A stretch of 64,000 bases of DNA, taken from assembly GCA_973895155.1 (NCBI GenBank), contig OZ316894.1, positions 10,633,874 through 10,697,873 on the forward strand. The letters run 5' to 3'. The position numbers and the translations under genes were made by a program. The stretch comes from Marsupella aquatica. Taxonomy: Eukaryota; Plantae; Marchantiophyta. How positions within the stretch are numbered: the stretch's first letter is position 1; every line of letters starts with the position of its first letter. Under the pieces are notes generated by a model. The model did not search any database. It saw only the letters and a list, made by a program, of their open reading frames with translations, and was not told the DNA's origin. Of the stretch, positions 34,468 through 46,094 are shown one piece after another.

Positions 34468-37400
34468 ATGAGATGTCCTTGTGCAATCTGCCAAGGATCC
34501 CGTACCAGGGGTCTGAATGAGGTTTGGCGGCATATCGCGGTTCATGGAAGAGATCCACGACATCGAGTTTGGAATGATCCTGTAGAGGAAGATTCTTCCG
34601 ACGAGGAGTGGAGGTTAGAATTTGATGCTGCCAATGCTGCAAGACGGGCAAGTGAGGTTCTGCCTGGTGCATTTGAAAATGTTGTAGCTGGTCTTTGTGG
34701 ATTGTCAGCTCTCCAACGGGATGGTGCTCAGGCAGCACCACGTGACGAAGGAATTCATGTGGAAGAGATGGTGAGAGACATCTTCCAAGACTTGGATGCA
34801 TTTCATGATGGGCTGGACAACGAAGAGGATACGGCTGCAGATGCAAGTGTGCCCCCTGTCAAAGAGCCTCTTGATGAGTTTGAGATAGGGCAGGAAACCC
34901 CTGGGCATGATGGGATGTTTGGCTCTCCCCTGCAAATACAAGAAGGCAGGAAGTCTTTGTACCCCAGTAGCAAATGTTCTAAACTGGGATTTGTCATCAT
35001 GTTCCTGAACATTTGCGACAACCACAATGTCCCCAACGTTTTGGTTTCTGAGTTGTTGGCATTCTTGCGAACAACTGTGCTACCAGATGGTAATATTTTG
35101 CCCAAGAACATGTACGAGGCAAAAAGATGCATATCTAATCTTGGATTGAACTATGATTCGATCCATGCCTGTCCTGATGGGCATGTTCTTTTCAGAAAGG
35201 AGTATAAAGAATCGTTGACATGCCCTAAGTGTGGGAAGCACAAGTATCGGAACTCAGGAAAGTCTATGGTTCCCACCAAGGTACTTCATCATTTTCCACT
35301 CATTCCCAGACTTCAGCGGATGTTCAGAAGCCGTGCCATCTCGGAGATGATGACTTGGGCAACTGACAAGAAAAGTGATGATGGGCTACAACGACATGCT
35401 GCAGATTCAAGGCAATGGAAACTCATAGATGAGATGTATCCCGAATTTGCTGTTGAGCCGAGGAATGTCAGACTTGGGCTGTCATTGGATGGGGTAAACC
35501 CATTTGGAGACAAGAACAATAAATTTTTGTGCTGGCCTGTAACTATTTTGAATTATAACCTTCCTCCTTGGATGACTACAAAGCGATTTTTTGTTCTGAT
35601 GGTCCTACTGATACCAGGGCCAGACAATGCTGTATCTGCCAACATAGATGTGTTTCTGGCTCCCCTAGTGGAGGAATTGAGAAAGCTTTGGGAGGAAGGA
35701 GTTCTCACATATAATGTCCTACAGAGGCTTGGGAGGTTAAACCCATTCATCCTTAGAGCCATTGTCATTCTGACTATAGCTGACTACCCAGCCCATGGGA
35801 TGATATCAGGCCAAACAACAAAAGGATATTGTGCTTGTACTATCTGTGGGCGCAATGTCACGAGTGAGTACTCCAGAGCCCTGCCGAAAGTGATATACTT
35901 GGGCCATTGTCGTTTTCTGAAGGCAGATCACCCTTACAGAGAAAGATAGGCACTAATTGCACACTTTGGCAATGAGATTGAGCAACGTGGACCCCCGGCA
36001 CGAGTGACCAAAGAGGAGATCAGGCAGTGGGGAGCACTGAGGGATGACTATATCAAACGAGGGGGCAGGGAAGATGGAGTGAGTGATCCAATAAAGCGAT
36101 ATGGTGTAAAAAGACTGAGCATATTGGACTTGGAGCTCAAGTACTGGAGGGTAAGCCTCTTGGAGTTGATGCTAATTGGGATACATGTTTTGGTTCAGAG
36201 CATGTGCATTCATTTCGAAGAGAGAGACTAAACTTGAGGCATTTCCTGACGCTTTTGCATTGCAACAATGCAGGAGTTTGAGCCAAGCAAACATAACATT
36301 GATGTTATGCATATTGAAAAGAATATTTGTGAGAGTCTACTCAGATTCTTGTGTGGAGAGAAAGACACTGGTTCAGTGAGATTGGATCTTGAACAGAGGG
36401 GAATGAAACCCCATCTTTGGTTGAGGCCACATGCCCACAGAGCTGATGTGCTCTTGAAGTACCAAGCGCCCTATGTTCTGACAGACACAGAGTGGGAACT
36501 ATTTGTGCAGAGGTTGAGTTCTTTGAAGGTTCCTTCAAACTATGGTAGTGCTTTCAAGAAACATATCATGACTAGAAAGCTTGGTAGTATGAAAAGCCAT
36601 GACTACCATATGTTGATGCAACAGGTGTTGCCTTTATGCCTGAGGGGCCTGTTGCAGAAGCCTGTTCGTACTGTGATCATGCGACTCAGTGATGTGTTTC
36701 GTCGTATTTGTGTGAAGGTTTGGGATGAAACACACTTCCCACAACTGACAGAAGATGTCGCTCAGGTGCTGTGTGACCTGGAGATTTATTTTCCTCCCGC
36801 ATTTTTTGATGTCATGACCCACCTACTTGTCCATGTTGTGGAAGAGCTACACCAATTTGGGCCTGTGAGTGCTCGTTGGTTGTACCCTTTGGAACGGTAC
36901 ATGAAGCTACTCAAAGGTCACGTGCGAACATATTACAAACCTGAAGCAAGCATGGCTAAAGGTTACATCAAGGATGAGACTCTGGGATTTCTGACCGAAT
37001 ACATAGCACAATATGAGCATGTGAAGACCAGGGTGTGGAATTATGATGAGGAGGAAGGGGTGATAGGTGAAGTACTGGAAGGGGCTGCAACCACAAAGAA
37101 CCTGACCATATCTATGAGAGACTTGGCACATGACTTTGTATTGCACAACACTGTGGTGATGGAACCCTGGATACAGTGAGTGCATACATGTGCTATAATC
37201 CAGTTCATGAGCTTAAATGTTGTGTTCGTGTGGTTTTCTCCTTCAGCCTGTTCATGTTTACCCAAGCTAATGCTATGTGGTTGTTCGTTCAGGGAGTATG
37301 AGTCATTGAAGGCGGCCCATCCCACTGCAGGAACAACTTTTCCAGGTTTCATGGAGTGGATCAGAGTGGCAATTAGAGAGCATCACGAGACCCACCCAGA

Positions 37401-38058
37401 CATGGATGCAGATGTTTACCTACTGTCTAATGCCCCTAGCCTGAAAGTGAAGACTTACAAACGGATGAGAGCATATGGGAATCACTTTCGAGTGAAGGAT
37501 GGTGACAGTGCCTATAGGGTGACGAATGACTGCGGGCTCATCACTGTATTTGAGCAACAGAGCCACAATCACGACAGGGCCTGGATGGAGATGGGATATG
37601 TGGGAGAATTAGTTGACATATGGGCTCTGGACTATGGGGCGGTGTCCAGTCCTGTGATTCTTATGAAAGGTTCATGGGTGCGGCAGGATTGGCTTGGTAA
37701 CAGGGCTACCATGAAGAGAGACAACGACGGTTTCTTGCTGGCCAATTTCAGAGGGAAATTGCCCGAATGGTCTGAGCCATTTGTGTTTCCTAGTCAGGTG
37801 GAGCAAGCTTTCTTCCTGGATGTGGAAGACTCCCCAGGTTGGCGTGTAGTGTGTCATAAACAGGCCAGGCAACGTCGGATGGAAGGATCAAACCTTGAGT
37901 TTCATTTACACTCTCATAGTGCCTTTGATCGTCGACATTCAGACCAAGTGCCTGTAGTTCATGATAGCGGGGACTTCATTCCTGTGACAAGGGTAGATGC
38001 ATTTGCTGAAGGAGGCGAATTCAGAGATGCAGATGCCAACAGTGTGCCTGTGCCATGA
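34468..38058 (+). pseudogene. tnpD: CACTA TnpD/Tnp2 DDE transposase (Transposase_21 + DUF4218 + DUF4216 type), 3 exons, one in-frame stop
   Basis: Motifs CPCAIC, IHACPDG, HFPLIPRLQRMF, RNVRLGLSLDGVNPF, YNLPPW, IADYPA, HNIDVMHIEKN, MKSHDYH, FPPAFFDVMTHL, WLYPLERYM and EPFVFPSQVEQAFF. GT-AG introns at 36151-36273 and 37176-37292 keep the frame. TAG at 35947-35949 interrupts exon 1. Confidence 0.95.
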
Positions 38059-38214
38059 GTAATGTGAATTGTTTGCATGGACATTAGTGAGGGGAAGGAT
38101 GTGTAATAAAGTAATTCTGAAGCAACACAGATGTATGGATGGATGCCTGGTGATTGTGGTTGCATTGTGTTATACGGGGTGATCATAGATGACATGTTTT
38201 TGTGGTCCAGTAGG

Positions 38215-41200
38215 ATGGAACAGAGTGACACAGAGATGTGTGAGTATGAAAGGAAAGCTATGGAACAACGAGCATACGTGAAAGCCAAAATCGCAGAACT
38301 GGATCTGGAAAAGGATGTGGCTGAATTGTAAGGGAACGATTCTCAACTACACCCCTCCGCTGAGTTTGTGTGACATGAATAGTTCAATGTGGCACTGAAA
38401 TTGTGACTGTATTCTCATATTGGAATGTTGCAGAGCCACAGCATTTTCAAAGAAACAAAAGGAGTACGCAAGAAGGGTGACCAGCACTATCTCTGGGCCT
38501 GTGCGTCGGAGTGATAGGTTGAGCAAGAAGGTCGTACCTACAATGGCAGAATGTGGAGATGACATTGATGCTGCACAGGTGGGTGCAAACACTAGACAAG
38601 AAGATGCAGATGATGAGTATTTTCCAGAGGAAATGGATGAGGATGGGGGTTATGAAGATGAATACATTGCAGAGCAGCCCCAAAAGAAACAGGTAAGTAG
38701 TTTTCCCAACAAGGTTTTGAGTTAAAAACTCTTGTTTAGAGGTTTCATATGTTCAGTACTACACATATGTACCTTGCTTAGTTCCTGACATTGTAGTTGG
38801 TGATGTGATGCAGCGTCCTGCCAGTTCTGTTTTGCCTTCGAAGCCTGTGCATGTACCATACCAGCAGGGGGGGCTGACCTCTGATCAAGGTTGGCAAGGT
38901 GGTAGTAGTGGTAGATCCCAGGCTGGTGCCCAATACTATGGCAGGGGGCAAGCTCTAGGTTATGCCCGTGGTAGAGGCAGAGCAGGTCCAAACCCACAAT
39001 CTCGTGGGTATGGACGTCCACCTCAACCATGGGGATGTGATATATCTATATGCCAATTCTTTGTGAAGGCATGGCACTCCTGAATTTCAGACTGCATATC
39101 AATTTTTGACATTGTTTGGTATGTATTGGATTCAGACAACATGAAATTCTGTCCACCTGCCATTGCATGCAGATTCTGCCCAACCTGATTGGGCAAATGC
39201 TAGTAATGATCAGTTCCAATGTCCACAAGGACAGACATGGGTTGAACCAGGTTGGGAGGATGGTGGTGGGTCGTGGAATGAACAAGGTTGGGAAGGTGGT
39301 GAAGGTAATTGGCAGGGATATCAAAATACAATACCTACAAACGCTGGAAGAGGGGCAGGTAATGTCTGATCTTGTCAGCAATGGAAGAACTCATTATATC
39401 TGGAGTCCATTCACGTGGGGGGACTCTGCACATGTATAATGATAGAAAATGTATGTGTGCAGGTTGGACAGTCGAACCATCGACTCAAGTATTCACTAAT
39501 GCCCCTATGCAGATGCAGCACGGAAGGGGGACAGGTATGTTGGTGAATGTTCAGTTGTTTTCCTACAGTTTGTACTTAGTTTTCAGTACATATGTTTGCA
39601 CACACATACCTAGAAAGTGACATCATCCGGCCCCTGTACTAGGCTGGACAGGTGGTCCAGGGTCGCAACAATTTCAGAGTGCAGTCCCTGCACAGGCATC
39701 TACAGGCAGAGCTACAGGTATGTATGTTTGAAGAATTTTTCTTGAAGTGAAGCATTGAATGTTGCCGTCATCCATTCTGCTATATGTAGTTCTCAAGCAT
39801 GAATGGCATTGTATTTTCCCAGGTGGCTTCAGAACCCCAGGTAGGGTGAATGAAGGGGTGGCCAATACAACGCCCAGTACTACCGAGAGCAGTGCACGAG
39901 GGGAGGTGACAAAGAAAGGGAACGTAAAGTTGAATGAGAGACAATGGGTGGATGCTGAGTGTCCTCGCAAGAACCAATGGCATGCTGATTTGAAAGCTGA
40001 AGTATTGCGTTGGTTAGATGTGAGTGTTATTAATTTTAAAAAACAGCATCCAAAAGATTGGAAGACTGTATGTGAAAATGTTGCTGCCAAATGGAATTAT
40101 GTGGGCAATGATGATGGCGTGGACATAGGTTGCCTAGAGAGTACAGCAGGTAAAATCATCAAGCAAGAGAGGTGGAGAATGCATAAGGCTTGGAAGGAAG
40201 GTGGGGAGAAGCCAGATATGCCTCCACCAGCCAGTTGTGATGATAAAGTGTGGGCAAAGTTAGTAGCTTATTTTGTAATAGATGCTTCAAAAAAGAAGAG
40301 TTCACAGATGACCGAGGCCAGGTTGAGTGTTCAGAACCCTAATCTGACAGGAAGGACCGGCACTGCACCGACAGCTAAACGTTTGGTAAGAATGAATGGC
40401 CTAGCTATGTAATTTATGCTACACTATGTACTGTTTTTTAGTGTAAACCCATACATGTAAACTTTGTTTTTTAGTGTACGTTCCCTGAATATTGATCGAT
40501 AACTTGTGTTTGCCATGCATGTGCAGAAAGCCCAATTGGGGCAAAGCCCTTCAAAAGAAGAGTTGAGGGCTGAAATTGTGAACACCCGGGCTCAAGAGGG
40601 TGCATCTGAATCCTCCAAGCATGTAAGTTATATGAGTTCTGATTGGTAATTGAATGACCTGCGTTGAATTTCAGGTGTACACTGTATATAACATTGATTG
40701 TGCATATATTGCCCAACATTTCATATGGAGTGATTGAACCTATACCCCTGTGTCATGTAGGGAGGTGGATCTTCACTTACAGAGATAAGTGGTCGTTTGA
40801 AGGCTGTCGAAACATGTCTTCCAGAGATCAATGAACGTTTGAATTCATTGACTGACTTGTTCCATGTGAACTTCAAGACATTAATGGAAGCTGTTGTGTC
40901 GGTGAGAGATAAAATTGATTCCAATTCTGCAGGAGTTCCACCATCACCACTTGAGGTGGCAAAGTCGATGCACTCTTCTGGCATGCCAACGACATGTAGG
41001 CTTGAAGGTAAGGCCTTTACAATTGTGTGGGATATGATTATTAAATGTATAGTTTGAATTGACATTGTTTGTTGAATGTGTTATTTTCAGTAACATATAT
41101 TGTGGTTGTTGTGTCCATAGAGAATAAGACAGGTGCTACAGAGAAGAAGTATGAGAACCTAGCAAATACTCGCTGTAATTTAGAGGCAACAAAGTTGCAG

Positions 41201-41917
41201 TCTGTACAAGCAACTTGTTTGACAGAGGGCAGTCAACCATGTTTGGATGAGGATGACATTGGCAAGGGAGTGGATGATATCAATGTTGGGGCAAATGAGG
41301 ATATCAACAAGCATGACAATGATACCATTGAGCCAGATTCATGCTATGTAGATCTTGACTCCATTGCAGAGATAAATGATTTGCAGAATGTATCATTCTC
41401 AATGACAGGTGTGTCTCTTGTTGAGATAAATCCAACCAAAGAGTTAGTTGGTATGACACTCCCAGGTGATGAACCTGCTACTGTGACAGTCCTAACAGAG
41501 GAACCTACTGAGCCTAGCTTCACTACTGTGAAGAGAGGAAGCATGCGCACACGAAGCAAGTCTGCTGGTGGGAGCAGAGCCACGTCAAAGGTTTCATACA
41601 AACCTCCAAGAACGGTGCTGGCAGAAAGATCTAAAGTGGAAGTGGGTAAAGCACCTAATGCTGAGGGACAAAGTGGCTTGTTAGCTCTTGATGAGAGTGG
41701 AACACGAGTAGGATTTGGCAGAGTGCAGGTTGGTTCCACAACGTTCCATGGCAAGAGGATTCCCCCAGGTTATTCAGTAGTGTTAGTCACATTACTAGTG
41801 AAACCTAAAGCTGTCCTTCCCATTCCAAACACAAATGATGATCCTCCTCAAAAGACACTTGGAGATGCTGCAGGTTCTTTGGTATTATGGCCAAGCAAGT
41901 TCATAGAGGATCCATAA
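38215..41917 (+). CDS. Multi-exon CACTA TnpA-like protein (Ptta/Transposase_24-like core and C-terminal Tnp1/DUF8039-like domain)
   Basis: In-frame GT-AG introns at 38328-38433 and 38693-38813, with more short introns downstream. Core KIIKQERWRMHKAW...PP...WAKLVAYF...KKSSQMTEAR...TGRTG. C-terminal VGFGRV...FHGKRIPPGYSVVLV...LPIP...TLGDAAGSLVLWP. The exon structure and integrity are only partly resolved. Confidence 0.75.
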
Positions 41918-43387
41918 CAATGTCATGCCATTATTTGTTTGTAGTGTGAGTCATGTTATGTAGATTTTAGATGTCAAGAAGCAGTACAAGAATCATGTCC
42001 TCTTGGAGATTCATAGTATCATGCATGTGCTTTCAGTTATCTCATCCTGCAGTCATCAATTATGAGTTCCTGTTTTGTCTGAATTACATTGATCACATTG
42101 TAAACTATTCCATTGGAATTCAAATGATCTTCATTTTTTAGCAAGATTGTGATTGTGTTTAATTCTTATGAATGTTTTATGTAGGATCTGCTTATATGAT
42201 GCTTTGTTTCATGTGGATGTCATTCATGCTATGTTCATTTCTTGTATTCAATGTGTTATATTTCTAAAGTTAGAACATCAGGTTTCTATGTATTGTAATG
42301 TCGAGTGCTCTCTCTCCTTATGAACTGTCCCTCTGTGTTCATTAGTCATGGTTATAACTTGCATGTGAACCTTATTAGTTATAAACATGAGTATATAGAG
42401 TTCCAAATGGTTCTGTTGTGTGACGCGGGCCAGGGTCTCCATTGGTCTCTCCTGTGACACTAAATGGTCACACGCTAGTCGTTGTTGAATGCGGGTAAGT
42501 CATGTATGTGACTTACGATGTGACTCGCTGAAGTCATATTGCAGTCACGTCGAAACAAGGCTAGACTCCACAATAAAGTCACAGATCAGTCACAAATGGG
42601 TATCAAGCAAGTTGCAAAGCCCAGTATCAATAGTGACTACCATTTTTTGGTCTCAACTTTTGCAACTCCAAGGGTCACAGCGTGGGTCAAGTCACGTTGA
42701 GTCACAATGAAGTCACATGAGCCAAAATGAGTCACATATTGCGGTCTCAGTTCACCTCGGATTCTTCTAGTGGGGGAGAATCATTGAAACCACTAGCTGG
42801 TGCCGCAATAAGAGTTGAGAGAGCCAAGGAAGAGCACTTTCAAATAATGGGGCCAAGTATTCCAATATACAAAGAAGAGACTCGGTGCCTCTCGCCAAAC
42901 GGATAAGCTGGAGCTTTTTTAGAGGATCAGGCAGCCCAAACAATATTGTTCAGTGGCTTGAGGTTATTAGGAGGTTGCCAACAAATAGCAATATAATTAT
43001 GATCATTTTTCCTCCTTAGTGTAAGATGTACAAATTTGGATCTAGAGAGCTACGTATGCACCTATTGACCTTAGGAACGAGTCTACCTTTCTTTACCAAG
43101 CCCTGGGACTTTGGTTAAGGCCATAGATTGACTTTCCAAGTATGCAAACAAGTTTTTCTTTATCAAGAGTAAGGAATCCTGGTGGGTGCCTAAGAGTCCT
43201 GTTGAGTTGACAGTAACCACATCCATATGTGACAAGGACCACCCTAGTGCAGCTGCAAGCACCACTCTTAGTGTGAATGTTGACCACTTGACTACCAGAG
43301 CAAATGTTTCTTCATAATCTGATCCTTCCAACTGTTCATTTCCCCTTGCGACTATTTGTGCATTGAATTTGATGTTGCTTGCATGGT

Positions 43388-43762
43388 CATGATTGAGGGA
43401 GACAACAGAGAGGCTATGACGGTGGAGCAGACAGACGCAATTGCAACTTTTGTGGCAAGCAAGGCCATTGGGAAGTAACCTGCTTCATCAAATCAACCAA
43501 CATTGAGATCAAACCAATGTATGTGTCTTAGCTGAAAGATTTGCAAACCATGATGCCTTGGACCCAAGAGTAGCTTTGATGTCTTTGATCCTGGAATGCA
43601 GATCTTTCAGCTGCGACACAAACATTGTTTTAATCTCAATGTCAGCTGATTTGATGAAGCAGTCACTCTGCTTCCCAGTGGCCTTGCTTGCCACAAAAGT
43701 TGGAGTAAGTCATGCCTGTCTACTCCACCATCATAGCCTCTCTGCTATCTCCCTTAATTATG
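43388..43762. repeat. Inverted duplication (~160-bp arms, ~50-bp spacer) of the Copia gag zinc-knuckle region
   Basis: CAACTTTTGTGGCAAGCAAGGCCATTGGGAAG (~43444) pairs with CTTCCCAGTGGCCTTGCTTGCCACAAAAGTTG (~43671). Arms are 43388-43545 and 43597-43762. Confidence 0.9.
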
Positions 43763-44636
43763 GCACCCTTTGCCTCATCCACGATGTCCTTAATTTGCCT
43801 CCCTCTTCACATTTCTGGTGAGTAAAGGCAAGCAAAGATTATTTGCCACCTTCAAAACATGGCTTGCAACAAAACTCTTCAACTTGGAAGTATTCCTCCG
43901 AATCTGCAAAAGTGGCTAGTGGTCGATCCTTGGCATACATTACACCATTGACTTGATCGTTGACTAGCTTTCAGGCAAATTTCTTAGCGTAATGTGAATC
44001 CGTTCCTTATCATCGACTTGTTCTCATACATTGCCTAGTTCCATCATGTGGTGCTCAATCTTGTTGAGACAGTCCTCTAGTGACGTTCCTTCACTCAAAC
44101 GAGCTTCAACTAATGAGGCATTGAGTAGCAACTTGTGTTGGATTACTCAAGACACCATTTTGTTTGAGAGTCGTCCATAGCTTGGCAAGATTGTTGCAGA
44201 GCCTTCTAACATTAGGAATAACGGAATAATCCAAAGTCTTGGTGGAAATGATATTTACCCTCCCTTATGTTTTGGATATTGGCTAGACTTTCCGGTGAAG
44301 CTGTACTTGAGCTGCTGAGCTGCAATTCCTCAAGACAGCCTGAAGAAGTTGATGCTGCACTGTCGGCTGCACTTTGTGCCAGTGAGGGAGCATGCTAGTG
44401 TGCAGTGTTGCATCCTTCAGCTAATTGCACAGGTGTGTTGACGGTGGGGACAATTTTCCACTAATCTTTCTTTCTCAGAATCTGCTCAACATAGAAGGAC
44501 CACATTGTGTAGTTTTGTGCTCCTACTAATTTATTGCTATGTGAGAAGGAGATCTTGGTTGTGTTGCCCATGGCCACGGTGGATAGTAACACCCAAATCT
44601 GACAAAGGTGCTACAAACTATTTAGCTCTCATACCA

Positions 44637-44940
44637 TGTGGGAGTTTTCTAATGATTATAGAAACTTGATTAACATTGAAGACAATGCAAACATGCGTAA
44701 ATACATATTGGGTAGGACCTAGATAAGCGCAAACAGCAGAAGACAACAAGGATGAGACTATGATCATCTGGAATAATAGTGGTTAGGACAAATTAAGTGG
44801 TGCACAGCTAGACTGATCCAAATGAATCTTGGTCTGACAAACCCAGTAACAACAAGTCTCAGGCAGTCAAAAGCATAACCACTTCTTACAGCGAGACAAA
44901 TGGGTGCCAGGAAGAGAAAAATACCAACTTGATTCCAACA
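44637..44940 (-). repeat. 5' LTR of the host Copia
   Basis: TG..CA ends, adjacent to the PBS, followed by TSD GGAAC. Confidence 0.9.
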
Positions 44941-45564
44941 GGAACTGCCACAATATCAAATTACACCAAATAATCTTGCAAATAGTAGTTTAATGGAACA
45001 ACTCTAGATTGTTTTGCAGTGGCCACAAATTGAGGAAAAACGAGGCAGGGACTCTACAGTTGAGCCAAGTGACACCTAGGAGCAGTAAATTAGGGATAAC
45101 TGAAGGCCTAAAACAAAAAGGTGACTTACAAATAACCCTTAGGGCCATCTTGCATGTGTAGAGTCCTTAGCATTCGGCCGTCATCTGAATGGGTGGCATT
45201 CCAACATTGACCAAGATTTTTATGCCTCAACTTTCTCCTAAGGATAACCAAGGGCAAGGCTGACAACTTTCCGGCTCTTTGGGTCATCTTGAAAATTGAA
45301 CAAAACAGGAGAAGGGTCACACTTAACAAAGTTCACACTTCTTAGCTACGTGTCAGATTCTGTTTAGAATCAAAAGACACTTTTCCTGACTATCTTACTA
45401 ATAAATAGCAAGGAGAAGCTAGAGCTGGGGTCTAGACTTCTATAATAAAGCCTCTACAATGTGACTCTAGGGTCCCACCCCAATTTACGTGGATGGAAAG
45501 AATTATGGGATGCTATGTATGACCAAAAAAATGATGATATGCATGATTTGTTATAATCTCTATT

Positions 45565-46094
45565 AACATTCAAAGAATGAGCATTAAGGGTAGTCCTATC
45601 TATTGACATTCAAAGAATGAACATTAAGGCTCATTGAAGATTATTAAGGGCAGTAGAAGAATTCAAAGAATGGGCTGCTCGATGAGTAATTATTGAGGGC
45701 AGTAAACAAGTTCAAAGAATGGGCATTAAGGCTTGTTGAGTATTACTAAGGGTTGTAAAAGAATTCAAAGAATGGGCACTAATGCTCGTTGAGTATTATT
45801 AAGGGCAGTAAAAGAAAGGGCTCTTCGTGCAAGACAGCCCTTAAAGTGCCCCTACTTCTTGTAAAGCCACCAGAAGATCCTAAGAATTATTAAGGCAGTC
45901 AAAGAATTCAAAGAATGGGCATTAAGGCTAGTTGAGTATTATTAAGGGTAGGAAAAGAATTCAAAGAACGGGCATTAAGGCTCGTTGAGTATTATTAAGG
46001 TAGGAAAAGAATTCAAAGAACGGGCAAGAATTCAAAGAATGGGCATTAAGGCTCGTTGAGTATTATTAAGGGTAGGAAAAGAATTCAAAGAACG
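45565..46094. repeat. 53-bp minisatellite array (continues at 52923-53020 beyond the Bianca insertion)
   Basis: GAATTCAAAGAA(C/T)GGGCATTAAGGCTCGTTGAGTATTATTAAGGGTAGGAAAA is repeated, e.g. at 45904 and 45957. Confidence 0.9.

Larger units (their letters stand above)
25743..42772 (+). mobile_element. Complete 17-kb CACTA (En/Spm) DNA transposon with accessory cargo genes
   Basis: TIR CACTAGAAGAA at 25743 and TTCTTCTAGTG ending at 42772. 3-bp TSD GGG at 25740-25742 and 42773-42775. Clustered subterminal GTCAC/GTGAC/GAGAC motifs at 25765-25835 and 42420-42750. Internal tnpD- and tnpA-like genes. Confidence 0.93.
25126..44940 (-). mobile_element. Old, internally deleted Ty1/Copia LTR retrotransposon hosting the CACTA insertion
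   Basis: Two diverged TG..CA LTRs at 25126-25433 and 44637-44940. 5-bp TSD GGAAC at 25121-25125 and 44941-44945. PBS TGGTATGAGAGC at 44636-44625 and PPT TTGAGAGGGGG at 25444-25434. RT remnant EGSDYEETFALVVKW / SIYGLNQSPRAW at 43083-43331 and a gag knuckle remnant near 43660-43700. Confidence 0.92.

Noticed and set aside
45565-46094. 53-bp repeats as a CRISPR array
   Set aside because: Units are head-to-tail with no variable spacers, so this is a minisatellite.
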